From a virus, in IMG/VR virus record IMGVR_UViG_3300021255_002737: a stretch of DNA of 64,000 nucleotides; one strand, written 5' to 3'. Made by a program: the position numbers and the translations under genes. The notes beneath the pieces were generated by a model. It saw only the letters and a program-made list of their open reading frames with translations, was not told the DNA's origin and ran no database searches. Position 1 is the first letter of the stretch. Every line of letters starts with the position of its first letter. Positions 29,694 to 39,548 of this stretch are shown here, piece after piece.

Positions 29694-30298
29694 TTATTTT
29701 CCAAGGAGTGCGCGGATTGCATCATCACCCTCTAGCTGCTCTGTTGTGCCACCACCTTCGTATTGCTTACGAAGGGACTCACTGTTCTCGTTAATACCTT
29801 CCAGTAAATCTTCCATTTCATTTATCCGAAGATTTTCAATGTCACTGATGGTAAGACTCGTGTTCTGTACAAGACTTGCGATTAGATTTCTCCAGTGAGT
29901 TTCTTCGCCAGATTTAACGGACTGTTTTTTTTAAATTGAGAGACACGAAGATATACCATGATGATATTCCTTGCGACCTCAATATCGAGCCATTCTTCAA
30001 TCTGTTCGCGAGTTTCACGATGGTCTAATGCCATCTCAATCATTTCCATGAGATCATCATAGAATCCATTGTCATAATTGATGTTACCTTCTGCATCCAT
30101 GTCTACTTCGCCATCCTTGTCGATGACAGGGGCAAGCATGTATAAACCAAAGGAATCAGGGCTATAGTGCTGCGTGAAGTTCATAATCGTATGTAAATCC
30201 TTGAATCGAGCACTGTATACCTTATGTTTCTTTCCGTATCTATCACGAACAATCTCATAGAGTCCAATTACATTATCGTCATTTTTATTGTTGTCCAT
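29694..30298 (-). CDS. Tail assembly chaperone frameshift product (gpGT-like, -1 programmed frameshift)
   Basis: The -1 frame stays open for about 73 codons after UUUAAAAAAAAC (KQSVKSGEETHWRNLIASLVQNTS...ALLGK*). The +1 frame closes within a few codons. Confidence 0.65.
29882..30298 (-). CDS. Tail assembly chaperone (gpG-like)
   Basis: 138-aa acidic protein between the major tail and tape measure genes. Contains the slippery run near its 3' end. Confidence 0.75.
   Translation of the reverse strand: MDNNKNDDNVIGLYEIVRDRYGKKHKVYSARFKDLHTIMNFTQHYSPDSFGLYMLAPVIDKDGEVDMDAEGNINYDNGFYDDLMEMIEMALDHRETREQIEEWLDIEVARNIIMVYLRVSQFKKNSPLNLAKKLTGEI
29925..29932 (-). promoter_or_regulatory. Slippery A8 run for -1 programmed ribosomal frameshifting
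   Basis: T8 on the plus strand equals A8 in the mRNA, in the context CAA UUU AAA AAA AAC. Confidence 0.6.
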
Positions 30299-30376
30299 AA
30301 ATATACCTCCTTGGTATTTGATAGCTTAAACAAAGAGCTAACCGAAGCTAGCTCCAAGGTTAAACCGTCAAATCAA

Positions 30377-31117
30377 TCAGGCTGCAAGCGGTGTTACCGT
30401 TACAACAGCGAAATCGTCATGACCATCGCCCGGGTCAAGAATCTTAATCTTGAGCGACGGTGCCGTTGCCTTGTCACGCTCCGTCTCAATCTTGAGTTCG
30501 CCATCAGCACGGACACGGCGAGCATAAATATCAATCTGATACTTGTTGCCCTCGGAATCCTCCGTGGTAAACATCCAGTTGAACGTTGCGACTTCCGGCA
30601 TTGCATTCTTGAGCATCTCAGCACGAACACTGTTGGCATCCGTTGCCTTGAACCATACAGCATACTCGCCCTCTGCGGCACCTTCACCAAACGTTACACC
30701 ACCAGTCTCCGTGACAGTGACATTCTTAGATGCATCGTTGCCATCAGGGTCGATAACTGCAATGGTCTCAACGCCAGTCAGCGATGCACCATCAATGAGG
30801 TTCTTAGAAGCCTTTGTGAGGAGAACACGGTAGTTACGCTTGCCACCCGTCGTAATCTTCGTACCCTGTGCGATCTGTACCTGGGAGAGCTTGAACTCCG
30901 CATTCGTAATCTCTACGTTACCTTCCTTCTTGGAAATGTACGTATAGAGCGGGAACAGACCGTCACCACCATAGACATCCTCTGTCGTAGCCGTAATGTC
31001 CATCTTCATGCTCTGCGAAGTAGTCATCTCAGCAATCTTATTCGTGACACTTTTCAGTACACCTGCACCAATACCATGCAGGAGCAGTCCCTTATTCAAA
31101 AGGTCTTTAGCTGCCAT
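30377..31117 (-). CDS. Major tail protein
   Basis: 246-aa ORF immediately upstream of the G/GT chaperone pair. The antisense 354-aa ORF is spurious. Confidence 0.75.
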   Translation of the reverse strand: MAAKDLLNKGLLLHGIGAGVLKSVTNKIAEMTTSQSMKMDITATTEDVYGGDGLFPLYTYISKKEGNVEITNAEFKLSQVQIAQGTKITTGGKRNYRVLLTKASKNLIDGASLTGVETIAVIDPDGNDASKNVTVTETGGVTFGEGAAEGEYAVWFKATDANSVRAEMLKNAMPEVATFNWMFTTEDSEGNKYQIDIYARRVRADGELKIETERDKATAPSLKIKILDPGDGHDDFAVVTVTPLAA

Positions 31118-31134
31118 TTACACATCATCCTTTC

Positions 31135-31536
31135 TCATGTGAAAATCAATGGAGTAAACTCCAGTCTATATTTATATACATTCGTAATCCCTGAACTTCT
31201 TTGTCCTTCTGCGCGGATACGTTCATCAAAATTCTCATGGACGATTTCTACGATTCGTTTACGGATTGGCTCTACGTCATCTCTATAAGATGTGTAGATG
31301 TCAATACGAAGAAGTCCAAGGTTCAAATAATCGTTCACTGTAGAAGTTGCGTCTGCAAAATAAAACGCAATAAACGGTAGATTTTCTACAGAAAATAACT
31401 CTGGTGCAACATCGTCTTGTCGATAGTGTTTAGAATAAGAAGATTCATCATTCACATCGACATTCAGTGCTTGAACCAGAGTTTCATCGTTCGTAAATAG
31501 ATTCCAAAGCTCATTACCGTATTCAAAGGCGTTCAT
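31135..31536 (-). CDS. Tail completion / tail terminator protein (by position)
   Basis: 133-aa ORF between the head-tail joining genes and the major tail gene. Confidence 0.6.
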   Translation of the reverse strand: MNAFEYGNELWNLFTNDETLVQALNVDVNDESSYSKHYRQDDVAPELFSVENLPFIAFYFADATSTVNDYLNLGLLRIDIYTSYRDDVEPIRKRIVEIVHENFDERIRAEGQRSSGITNVYKYRLEFTPLIFT

Positions 31537-32093
31537 TTCTCATGCACCACCTTTGCAATGGATTCTTTTACAGTCGCTCCAAAGGAACTCAGTAAATCCT
31601 GTCTGAATTGTTCGTTGTATGCGGTGTTTCCCGTAAGAGTTTCCTGTATTGTATGCTTTGGCTCGTGAGCATCCACAGCAAGATTCCCGAAGGTGCTCTT
31701 ACTTTCCAGTCTGAGTCCATGCGGCATACCAATGCCAGAACCACGGTGGTTATTTCCATCTAAGTCCTGGTAAAAGTGACCACTTGGCCTTGTACGGATC
31801 GCATATTTGAAATCACCAGTTTCATTCAGTCGTTCTTTATTGAATACCGAAGAACTTGTGTATTGTGATAAAAATGGATTGCTTCGGTCAAGTTTCGAGC
31901 CAGAACCGTACTCATTCATCCACATTTTCTGTCCACTGGCAGTGAATCGTCCAGTAATTTCATTGGGGCTGTCATCTACAATTTCAAATTTAATCTCTGC
32001 TTCGCCATCAATGGTCGATTTTCCCCATTCCCGTTCAATATCTGCCATGTTCTTCTTTGCCCATGTCTCCACGGACTTTGCCATGTTACTCAT
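31533..32093 (-). CDS. Head-tail joining protein (by position)
   Basis: 186-aa ORF, translationally coupled to its neighbours. Confidence 0.6.
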   Translation of the reverse strand: MSNMAKSVETWAKKNMADIEREWGKSTIDGEAEIKFEIVDDSPNEITGRFTASGQKMWMNEYGSGSKLDRSNPFLSQYTSSSVFNKERLNETGDFKYAIRTRPSGHFYQDLDGNNHRGSGIGMPHGLRLESKSTFGNLAVDAHEPKHTIQETLTGNTAYNEQFRQDLLSSFGATVKESIAKVVHEK

Positions 32094-32650
32094 TGTCTCG
32101 TATCCTCTGATAACTGTAGTTCATACAGTCCGACATACTTTGCCGTATCAATATTGTCAATTTGATAATCCCGTTCACCAAAAGAAACACGGTCAAGCAA
32201 TTTCACAGGCACGGAATTGTGAATGATAATTTTCTTTACAGTCTTTGGGAGGAGTCCTGCGTCATACGTGTGCATTGCTGCCGACACATCTTGGTAATAC
32301 GTTGGGCAATTCTCTGCAATAGTCTTTTCTTCTGTCCCAACTTTTTTATGGTTTACATATTTGTCCGCCAATGTACGAATCGTAATATACGCATTGACTC
32401 GTTTTCCTTGCATCTGTACACAGTCTGAACTTTGCTGTTTCGAGATAATAAAGTATTGCTCACCATTCTGACGTTTCAGAATGTCACCGCCAACGAATTG
32501 AGTTCCAAGGTCTACAAGCATTACTCTACCATCTGCAATTGTCCGTGGACTCATTGTCTTACCTCTACGCAATACCAGTGCTTGTTCCGTTATCCCTTTT
32601 TCCGATGTCAATGGTTCCATTCGGTCAGTATAGTAAGCTAATACATTCAT
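32090..32650 (-). CDS. Head closure / head-tail adaptor protein (by position)
   Basis: 186-aa ORF. Confidence 0.6.
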   Translation of the reverse strand: MNVLAYYTDRMEPLTSEKGITEQALVLRRGKTMSPRTIADGRVMLVDLGTQFVGGDILKRQNGEQYFIISKQQSSDCVQMQGKRVNAYITIRTLADKYVNHKKVGTEEKTIAENCPTYYQDVSAAMHTYDAGLLPKTVKKIIIHNSVPVKLLDRVSFGERDYQIDNIDTAKYVGLYELQLSEDTRQ

Positions 32651-33216
32651 TGAATCTCTACACCTCGCAATATATCCTCAATCTCAGGAGAAAAGACACC
32701 GCTGTCACTGAGTGTTACTTTAACATCATAGTCATCACGGCTTTTCCATCGTAATGTGCCACCCATCTGCTTGATATTACAAGCAAGGATTCCACACGCT
32801 CTCTTGACAGACTCAGGAATTTCACTATATCCGCTTGTATATGTCACCTTGATAGTCTTTGGAGGTTTACGGAACATAAACGACTGAGGAAATTCAAAGG
32901 TGAAATACAAGGATTCATCATCGTCAAAGTCAAGTGTGCTTGCATCGAGTGTTAATACGTCATTACCAAAGTAACTATGTGTCTTTGCCGTGATTTTTTC
33001 AATGGAAACACGCGGGAAATGCTTGAGCTTTCCCCGAAACTCATGGTCTACACGATTATGCTTCAATTCAACACGTTCGGTATGCTCCATTGGGAAAAAC
33101 GAACGTCCCTTGTACGCATCAATGAGTGTTGTAGCCGCTTCAATGTGTTCCATTTTGACGCCACTGATAAGCCCACAATAAGCAGGAATCTCGTCCTCAG
33201 TCAAGTATGTTCTCAT
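32647..33216 (-). CDS. Head-tail connector protein (gp6-like)
   Basis: 189-aa ORF. The N-terminus LTEDEIPAYCGL...IEAATTLIDAYKG is typical of connector proteins. Confidence 0.6.
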   Translation of the reverse strand: MRTYLTEDEIPAYCGLISGVKMEHIEAATTLIDAYKGRSFFPMEHTERVELKHNRVDHEFRGKLKHFPRVSIEKITAKTHSYFGNDVLTLDASTLDFDDDESLYFTFEFPQSFMFRKPPKTIKVTYTSGYSEIPESVKRACGILACNIKQMGGTLRWKSRDDYDVKVTLSDSGVFSPEIEDILRGVEIQ

Positions 33217-33413
33217 TTCAGGAACCCGCTCTTCTCGAAGATTTCCTTCGTCTTGGCACTGATTTTAACCTTGCCATCAACAATCGGGATAAAGTGCGTA
33301 CCAAGCATGATAGAACCATGAGATTTCATGGCGTCACATACTTCGTACTCCACTGGTTTCTCTACTGCTTCCGCTGGTTTCGCCGTTGTTACTGTTTTTG
33401 CTGTTCTTGCCAT
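33213..33413 (-). CDS. Small head-associated protein
   Basis: 66-aa ORF directly after the capsid gene. Confidence 0.55.
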   Translation of the reverse strand: MARTAKTVTTAKPAEAVEKPVEYEVCDAMKSHGSIMLGTHFIPIVDGKVKISAKTKEIFEKSGFLK

Positions 33414-33490
33414 TTAACTACCTCCTCGATAAAAGCCGCTTATTTGTTTATTTGTTGGGTAATACCAAGCGACTATTTTACTTAGTTATC

Positions 33491-34567
33491 TCAGTTCTTC
33501 ACCGTTTTCGTGAGGATGAAGTGCATACCCGTGTCAACACCATGAACAATGTAGTTGGCGAAGTCAAGTACGAACTTATCTGTGAGGAGACGGTCATTTG
33601 CAAGCGGCGTGTCAGGGTTTGCAATCTCATAGACCTTCGGGCCATCATTGAAGAGCCATACGCGGTCAATCATTGCAGTGTTAAGAGCAACAATCTGATG
33701 TACAGTCGTGCCCGCTTCGGAGTTGACCGTCGGCTTGATGAACGGCGTAAGGACAATCGGGAGCTTGCCCATCGGCGTGAAGAAGGCAGGAACCTTGACG
33801 CCCGGAACAATTTCCGTCGTGATGTCACGCTGGTACAGGGAACGCTCTGCTTCCTCCTTGATGAGGATGTCATACGTTGCAGGGTTCATTGCAATGACAT
33901 TCGGGTAACCTGCATAATCAAGGCGTGCCATGAGATTTGCAATCTTCGTGTTGAGTGCATCGGCAATCTTCGTGCCATCAGCAATGGCCGTTACATTGTC
34001 CTTGTTTGCAGAAACCTGAGCGATAACACCGTAGTACGTGAACGCATCCGTTGCATCAAACTTCGTTGCGCCATTCCAGAAGTCGTTGCACGTAGTCTTC
34101 GTAAAGTCAACGAACATGTCGTCGTAGTCCTTCTCGGTCAGATTCTCGAACGTACCGTAGTTGTTCTCCATGTTGCGCGTGAAGAAATCATAGCGGATAC
34201 CCGTAGCATAGCAACGAGCAAATGCCGTCTTCCAGTTATCGCGCTTGTACTCCGCGGAGAGCGTCTTCGGACGATAAGACGGAGCATCTGTCGTGCCAAA
34301 GCCAACTTTCGGGTCAACAGCCTTGGTATTTGCAGGGAGACCCTTCTGCTCATTCCATACATGCGGATAGCCAGATGCACGGACACTGTTAACCTTGACG
34401 GCGAGAGCAAAGTCACGCTTCAGATAGTCATGGAGAACCTTGTCGTAGTCCCCAACGACCAGCATATGGTCTTCATTGTAAACACTAATCGGGTTCGATG
34501 CAGCCTTAATCGGCTGACCTTTGTCTGTAGTTGCGATAGACGCACTATAAAGTACACCATTACTCAT
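33491..34567 (-). CDS. Major capsid protein
   Basis: 358-aa ORF after the protease/scaffold gene. The antisense 401-aa ORF is spurious. Confidence 0.8.
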   Translation of the reverse strand: MSNGVLYSASIATTDKGQPIKAASNPISVYNEDHMLVVGDYDKVLHDYLKRDFALAVKVNSVRASGYPHVWNEQKGLPANTKAVDPKVGFGTTDAPSYRPKTLSAEYKRDNWKTAFARCYATGIRYDFFTRNMENNYGTFENLTEKDYDDMFVDFTKTTCNDFWNGATKFDATDAFTYYGVIAQVSANKDNVTAIADGTKIADALNTKIANLMARLDYAGYPNVIAMNPATYDILIKEEAERSLYQRDITTEIVPGVKVPAFFTPMGKLPIVLTPFIKPTVNSEAGTTVHQIVALNTAMIDRVWLFNDGPKVYEIANPDTPLANDRLLTDKFVLDFANYIVHGVDTGMHFILTKTVKN

Positions 34568-34637
34568 TATTCACATCATCCTTTCCAATAAAAAAAAGAC
34601 CATTGCAAATGCAACAGTCTTATCTGTTAGTCAAAAA

Positions 34638-35561
34638 TCACTTACCGTAACGAACCTTGGTAATCTCACGAAGCTTCTCAGCGAGAGACATGTCAGAAGC
34701 ATTGATCTTCTCAATCTTTTCTTCCTTTGTCTCCTCTTTGTTTGCTTCAAACGGATTCGGTGCAATCTTCTGCGTCTCAGGAGCAGGAACTTCCTTAGAA
34801 GCCTCAACCGTATCCTTTGCCTTTTCTACATCTGCCTTAATCTCCTCAATGGATGCCTTGATAGACTCCTCAACTTCACCCTTAACATTGTCAACAGATG
34901 CCTTGATTTCTTCAATCTTCTTCTCATAGTCTTTCAGTTTCTCGTCAAGACCTGCCATAATGCTATCGATGATTTCTTTCTTTTCCTGTTCATTCATCTT
35001 CTTATCACTCCTATTCTTTTTCTCCATGCTTGCTGCAAGGGTTTCAATAAATGTATCACTAAATGCTGCACAGTTCTTCCAAAGGATTGCACATCCTGCG
35101 CCCTGGAACTCATCCATGAAAATCGTAGTGTCATCTTCATGTGTATTCGTCGGATACCACTCAGCACTAAAACCAAGCGAATCTGCACCATTTACAATCA
35201 TGAATGCTTCTTCTGGGAACTTGTCCTTCCAAATGACCATTTCTGCCATCAGGTTGTCATCTTTTGCTTCAACACTACGGATATAACCAATGTTTGTCTC
35301 GCCATGTCCCGTAAATAAATCAGTGCCATCTGCAAAGAAACCTTCTGGATACGTACAATTCAACGGCATACCAACAAACGAATCCGCGCATTTCTTAATA
35401 GATTCCGACGTAAACACTACGAGCTTCCCATCTGAACCGCACGGCGCACCCGTCGATGCCTTATCAATTTTTGCAATGCATCCTTTAATAACCATCTTAC
35501 CGAGTTCCGAGGACATTGTGATGTTTGTCATGGAACTCCTCATCAATTCTTTCTTGTTCAA
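34638..35561 (-). CDS. Prohead protease / scaffolding fusion protein
   Basis: 307 aa: a globular N-terminal domain then a long acidic coiled coil (EKKIEEIKASVDNVKGEVEESIKASIEEIKADVEKAKD). Located between the portal and capsid genes. Confidence 0.65.
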   Translation of the reverse strand: MNKKELMRSSMTNITMSSELGKMVIKGCIAKIDKASTGAPCGSDGKLVVFTSESIKKCADSFVGMPLNCTYPEGFFADGTDLFTGHGETNIGYIRSVEAKDDNLMAEMVIWKDKFPEEAFMIVNGADSLGFSAEWYPTNTHEDDTTIFMDEFQGAGCAILWKNCAAFSDTFIETLAASMEKKNRSDKKMNEQEKKEIIDSIMAGLDEKLKDYEKKIEEIKASVDNVKGEVEESIKASIEEIKADVEKAKDTVEASKEVPAPETQKIAPNPFEANKEETKEEKIEKINASDMSLAEKLREITKVRYGK

Positions 35562-36880
35562 CCACTATCACCGTCCTTATCTGAACCAGTATCATCCTTT
35601 GTATTATCCTTCAAATCGCCAACGCCATTGAAGCCGCCGCCATTTGCCAAGCCAAGGTCAACATTGATATTCGCTGTCTTTTCAACGTGCGTCATATTGG
35701 CGTACTTAGAAGTGCTTTCCTCATATCCAGAGAGAGCGCGGAACTCATTCTCTGTAATAAGATCAGCCTTGTATTCATTGACAAGACGTGTACTCTTTGC
35801 TGTCTTTTGGTTCTCGCTATCCTCATGGATAAAACGGAAACGCAATATGCCACCAAGTCCCATCTTTGCAATGACATAGTTATTATACAAATCTTCAAGA
35901 AGATAAGCGTATGGTTTAATCGCACCTTCGGTCATGGAATTATCACGATCATCTTCTGTGCTTCTATCGTTCTGAATCGTGATACCAAGTTCTTCTGGTG
36001 GAATACTGAATGACATAGCAATAATCTTCGTGAGTCTGTCAATCCAGTCAATACCAAGGTTATCCTTGTTGATACTACGAATCTGACGAGAGTCAATCTC
36101 TGTGCTGCCAACAATCGGGATATGTCCAGTTCCTTCAATCTCATTGTTCATGTAGTCACGGAACTTATCGATTTCCTCTGGCTTTGCATTGCGAAGTCCA
36201 ATGAGGAACGATGAAGTTGTATTTGTTGCAATGTCATTGGCTCTTGCACACGCTTCAATATAGTCACTGATATATTTGTATGCATATCGCACAGGAGAAC
36301 AGCCATAGTGCGTGTCTGTGAAGTTCTGTCGTGTTCCGTAGAAGATATTGTCTGCCGTGAACTTCTTTACGCCATCTCCCTGACTCTGTACATAGCGGAA
36401 TCCATGCGGATTTGTGTAATCCCAAGGCTCAAGCAGCTTGATCGTTCCTGCGTCAACAGGATACAGATATACTGGATGATTCCCATCAGATGACTTGACA
36501 GATTCAACGACCATCGCATCTAATACCAGTGCATCATCCATGATTCTCTTTGTAAAACTGCGCCGACTATCAATGATATTCGGATGTTCAATCACATTCT
36601 GAATCACGGCAATCTCTTTGGTGTATTTCCTACGTCCAGGAGCAATGACATCAATCGTGTACGGCATAGATGACACGGCATCGCTGATGATATTCATGGC
36701 TTTCCGTACAACAGGTTCACGAGAAAGATTACGAAGTCTACGCTTATCAGGAGGTGGAAGCACCATTTTCCTTGTCTGCTTCCCGTTCGGGATATTCATG
36801 CCATAACGGTCAGTCCAAAGAAGTTTCATGGCAGGAATCTTGGATGCTAAGAATTTCTGTAGTTTATTCGTTAGTTTCAC
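35558..36880 (-). CDS. Portal protein
   Basis: 440-aa ORF directly downstream of and overlapping the large terminase gene. Confidence 0.8.
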   Translation of the reverse strand: MKLTNKLQKFLASKIPAMKLLWTDRYGMNIPNGKQTRKMVLPPPDKRRLRNLSREPVVRKAMNIISDAVSSMPYTIDVIAPGRRKYTKEIAVIQNVIEHPNIIDSRRSFTKRIMDDALVLDAMVVESVKSSDGNHPVYLYPVDAGTIKLLEPWDYTNPHGFRYVQSQGDGVKKFTADNIFYGTRQNFTDTHYGCSPVRYAYKYISDYIEACARANDIATNTTSSFLIGLRNAKPEEIDKFRDYMNNEIEGTGHIPIVGSTEIDSRQIRSINKDNLGIDWIDRLTKIIAMSFSIPPEELGITIQNDRSTEDDRDNSMTEGAIKPYAYLLEDLYNNYVIAKMGLGGILRFRFIHEDSENQKTAKSTRLVNEYKADLITENEFRALSGYEESTSKYANMTHVEKTANINVDLGLANGGGFNGVGDLKDNTKDDTGSDKDGDSG

Positions 36881-38519
36881 CCCCTAACTTCTGTAAAGTT
36901 TCACCTAGTTGTTTCATAGTAAATCTTGAACCATTATTATGCGTTACATTGCCTCCAAAGCTGCCAAACGAGAATTTAGCAACAGATGACTCAAGCATAG
37001 GCTGTAGTGCCATATGTAATGCGTCAGGGCAATCATCGTGTGTTCTAGGATACATACGAAGCTGATATAGTAATAACGTTTGGTCTTTCTTGAATTTGAT
37101 ATGACCTTGACGAATATGCGGTGAAAGACTTTCGATTCTCGTTGCTTTCCTGTCTTTACCCATGTGCATAACATCAATCCATTCAAGGTAAATACCAGAG
37201 TCTATCAGGTCTTTCTGCAATGTCGTTGAGAAGAACGCCTGGAACTGGTTGGTTTCACATACGATCTTCGGACGATACTTATAGTATTCAGCAATGATGT
37301 TCTTTGCATCCTCTATGAGTTTATCGCCGCTTCTCTTTTTCGCGTCACATTCAAGGACATAGAAGTAATTGTCCATGCCACGAGCAAGTACAAGGATAAC
37401 AGAGTAATCCGCACTGCGTTTCGTACTGATAGCAGGGTCTAATGCAATGTTGATTTCCTTGATGTCAGGCGGTTTTTCATAGAAGTTATTCTCTAGCCAT
37501 TCTGTTTTGAAAATACGAAGGTTTTCGGTCATTGGGTCGTTCTGATATTCGCTTGCAAACGACTCCTCGGATTCCAGACGTTTTTCCATGAGATACAAGT
37601 ATTGGTCTTTTCGTTGGTCAGGCCATAGTACCTTTGTGTCTTTCAGCATTTCTTCCTTATGGTCATAGTAGAATTGCTTTGCGTCTCGATAAGAGTTATC
37701 TCCACGAGACAGGTCTGTCATAATGCTTTCCCATGTTGCCCAAAGCTCACTTGGCGAAAACTCAATGACTGCCTGGAATCTCTTGCGCTCCCACGATGCA
37801 AACCGTGCTTCTGTCAATAAACGCCACAGAACAGAATTATAACTGAGCACTGTTCCGATGAAAATCGCATCACCATCAACGGAAAGCATTGGAATAACAT
37901 CTGCTGTCAACCAGTGCTCTAATGCATCAACCTGAGTTGGACTATCAACTTCCTCTTGAGATTCCATATCATCAAGCAGTGCTAAATCAGGCCTTGTTCC
38001 GCCGAATTGAAGTCCGCGTAACTGTGCATTGGCACCTTTACAGATGATATAGACACCAGTACGAAGAAGTAACTCTTGTGAGTTCCACAGAGAGTCATTC
38101 TTAATCATACCGAAGTCACGTTTAATCAATGGGTTAAATTCAATCGCATCACGGATATTCAAGATGAACTGTTTGGCAACAATGGCTGTCGCAGAGATGA
38201 TGACAATGAATTTCTTGTAGCCATACAATGCACACCAAAGGACAAACGCAAAGGAAGTCAAGGTTGACTTTGCATGTCCACGAGGAGATGAAACGCAGAC
38301 CTTGTTCTGTTCATCTCGATGGTTGAAGATAATGTCTTCGTATTTATGGATGAGCCATTTATGAAAGGCTTCACTCCACGGGGAGCTAAAGTAATCACTC
38401 AGGTAATATTCACAGAAGAACTGGAAGTCATGTGCTGCTCTATCCTTGGGCGACTCTTTTTCCCCTTTGCGTCTAAGGGATTCGCCAAAGATTTCCTTCA
38501 TGATGTCATTCTTAGGCAA
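36864..38519 (-). CDS. terL: Terminase large subunit
   Basis: 551 aa. Walker A-like SSPRGHAKST. A C-terminal nuclease-type region with acidic motifs. Confidence 0.85.
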   Translation of the reverse strand: MPKNDIMKEIFGESLRRKGEKESPKDRAAHDFQFFCEYYLSDYFSSPWSEAFHKWLIHKYEDIIFNHRDEQNKVCVSSPRGHAKSTLTSFAFVLWCALYGYKKFIVIISATAIVAKQFILNIRDAIEFNPLIKRDFGMIKNDSLWNSQELLLRTGVYIICKGANAQLRGLQFGGTRPDLALLDDMESQEEVDSPTQVDALEHWLTADVIPMLSVDGDAIFIGTVLSYNSVLWRLLTEARFASWERKRFQAVIEFSPSELWATWESIMTDLSRGDNSYRDAKQFYYDHKEEMLKDTKVLWPDQRKDQYLYLMEKRLESEESFASEYQNDPMTENLRIFKTEWLENNFYEKPPDIKEINIALDPAISTKRSADYSVILVLARGMDNYFYVLECDAKKRSGDKLIEDAKNIIAEYYKYRPKIVCETNQFQAFFSTTLQKDLIDSGIYLEWIDVMHMGKDRKATRIESLSPHIRQGHIKFKKDQTLLLYQLRMYPRTHDDCPDALHMALQPMLESSVAKFSFGSFGGNVTHNNGSRFTMKQLGETLQKLGGETNE

Positions 38520-38535
38520 TCTCTAGCACCTCCCT

Positions 38536-39447
38536 TTATAACTTATACTTATTAATATGTCTTTTGATTGCAGAGTATCTTGTATCTGTATAGAAATCCT
38601 GTGCCCTGTACCATTCTTCCCAGTCATGCCGTAGTTTGCTATGATTACAATCAGAGCAGCTAGGGACGATATTTTGAATCCTATCGACAAGCTCTGGGTG
38701 TTCTTTACTAAGAATCGTTTGAGGAATGAGATGTTCTGGAAGCAACGGCTTTTCCTTGCCACAATATGCACATTTTCCATGAAATTCCTTGACGATCTTA
38801 TTCCACTCTACGGTGTTGCTGTCGAATCCACCCAAGTGAACCCAGGAACCTCTTTCGCTCCTAACAATGGTATGTGACTGAACACCAAGGATAAACTCCT
38901 TGATTTTCTTCATTGGGATGTTCTGTAAAATCCAATCACGGACTGTAATGTTGATTCGACTGCTGTATGGAATGGCGACGCCAATCCAATTGCCAATGGA
39001 ATCATAGAATCCTCTCGGTGTATCGTCACCAGTCACGTCCTTGTAGATTGACTTGAGATTATCAAGCTGATACCTTGGATTTACCCAAGGACGAATCACA
39101 CCGGCTTCATTGAGATCATGACGAAGTGCCGTGAACTCCTTATCGATACAGGTAATGGATTTTGCTATGTCGTAGCGGTGAAGAACACGTAGGCATTCAT
39201 TGGACTTATTGCGTATACTTGTCATCATCAGGACAAATCCATCACGAGAGACAAGATATGAGGTTCGTTTTTTACCTTGTGTATCCTTATAGCAAGACTC
39301 AATCGAGTCCATTGTGTATTTACGTACTTTTTCAAGGATGTCTTTATGACGAAGATGTAAATCCCATGCTAATACACGGCTATCCATGTAGATGTTGCCA
39401 TGAACGATTACCGTGTCTTGTACTGCATAATTTCCTTCTTCGCCCAT
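38536..39447 (-). CDS. Rha-like N-terminal domain fused to an HNH endonuclease
   Basis: N-terminus YMDSRVLAWDLHLRHKDILEKVRKY (Rha-like). C-terminus CAYCGKE...HLIP...CSDCNHSK (HNH). Adjacent to the terminase genes. Confidence 0.7.
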   Translation of the reverse strand: MGEEGNYAVQDTVIVHGNIYMDSRVLAWDLHLRHKDILEKVRKYTMDSIESCYKDTQGKKRTSYLVSRDGFVLMMTSIRNKSNECLRVLHRYDIAKSITCIDKEFTALRHDLNEAGVIRPWVNPRYQLDNLKSIYKDVTGDDTPRGFYDSIGNWIGVAIPYSSRINITVRDWILQNIPMKKIKEFILGVQSHTIVRSERGSWVHLGGFDSNTVEWNKIVKEFHGKCAYCGKEKPLLPEHLIPQTILSKEHPELVDRIQNIVPSCSDCNHSKLRHDWEEWYRAQDFYTDTRYSAIKRHINKYKL

Positions 39448-39548
39448 TTCTTATCCTCTCTGTTTTTTACTGTACGTCTAACGTCTTTCCCTTTTTTTAC
39501 ATGGTTCAGACGCCTATTTTTCTCCTCCATCGACATAACGTTCACTCC

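Noticed and set aside
30224-31288. 354-aa plus-strand ORF
   Set aside because: Antisense to the major tail protein and neighbouring genes, with an Arg/Leu/Cys-rich junk-like sequence. The same reasoning applies to 33386-34591 (antisense to the capsid gene), 62064-63008 (antisense to nrdD), 49327-50157, 56252-56803 and 25682-26371.
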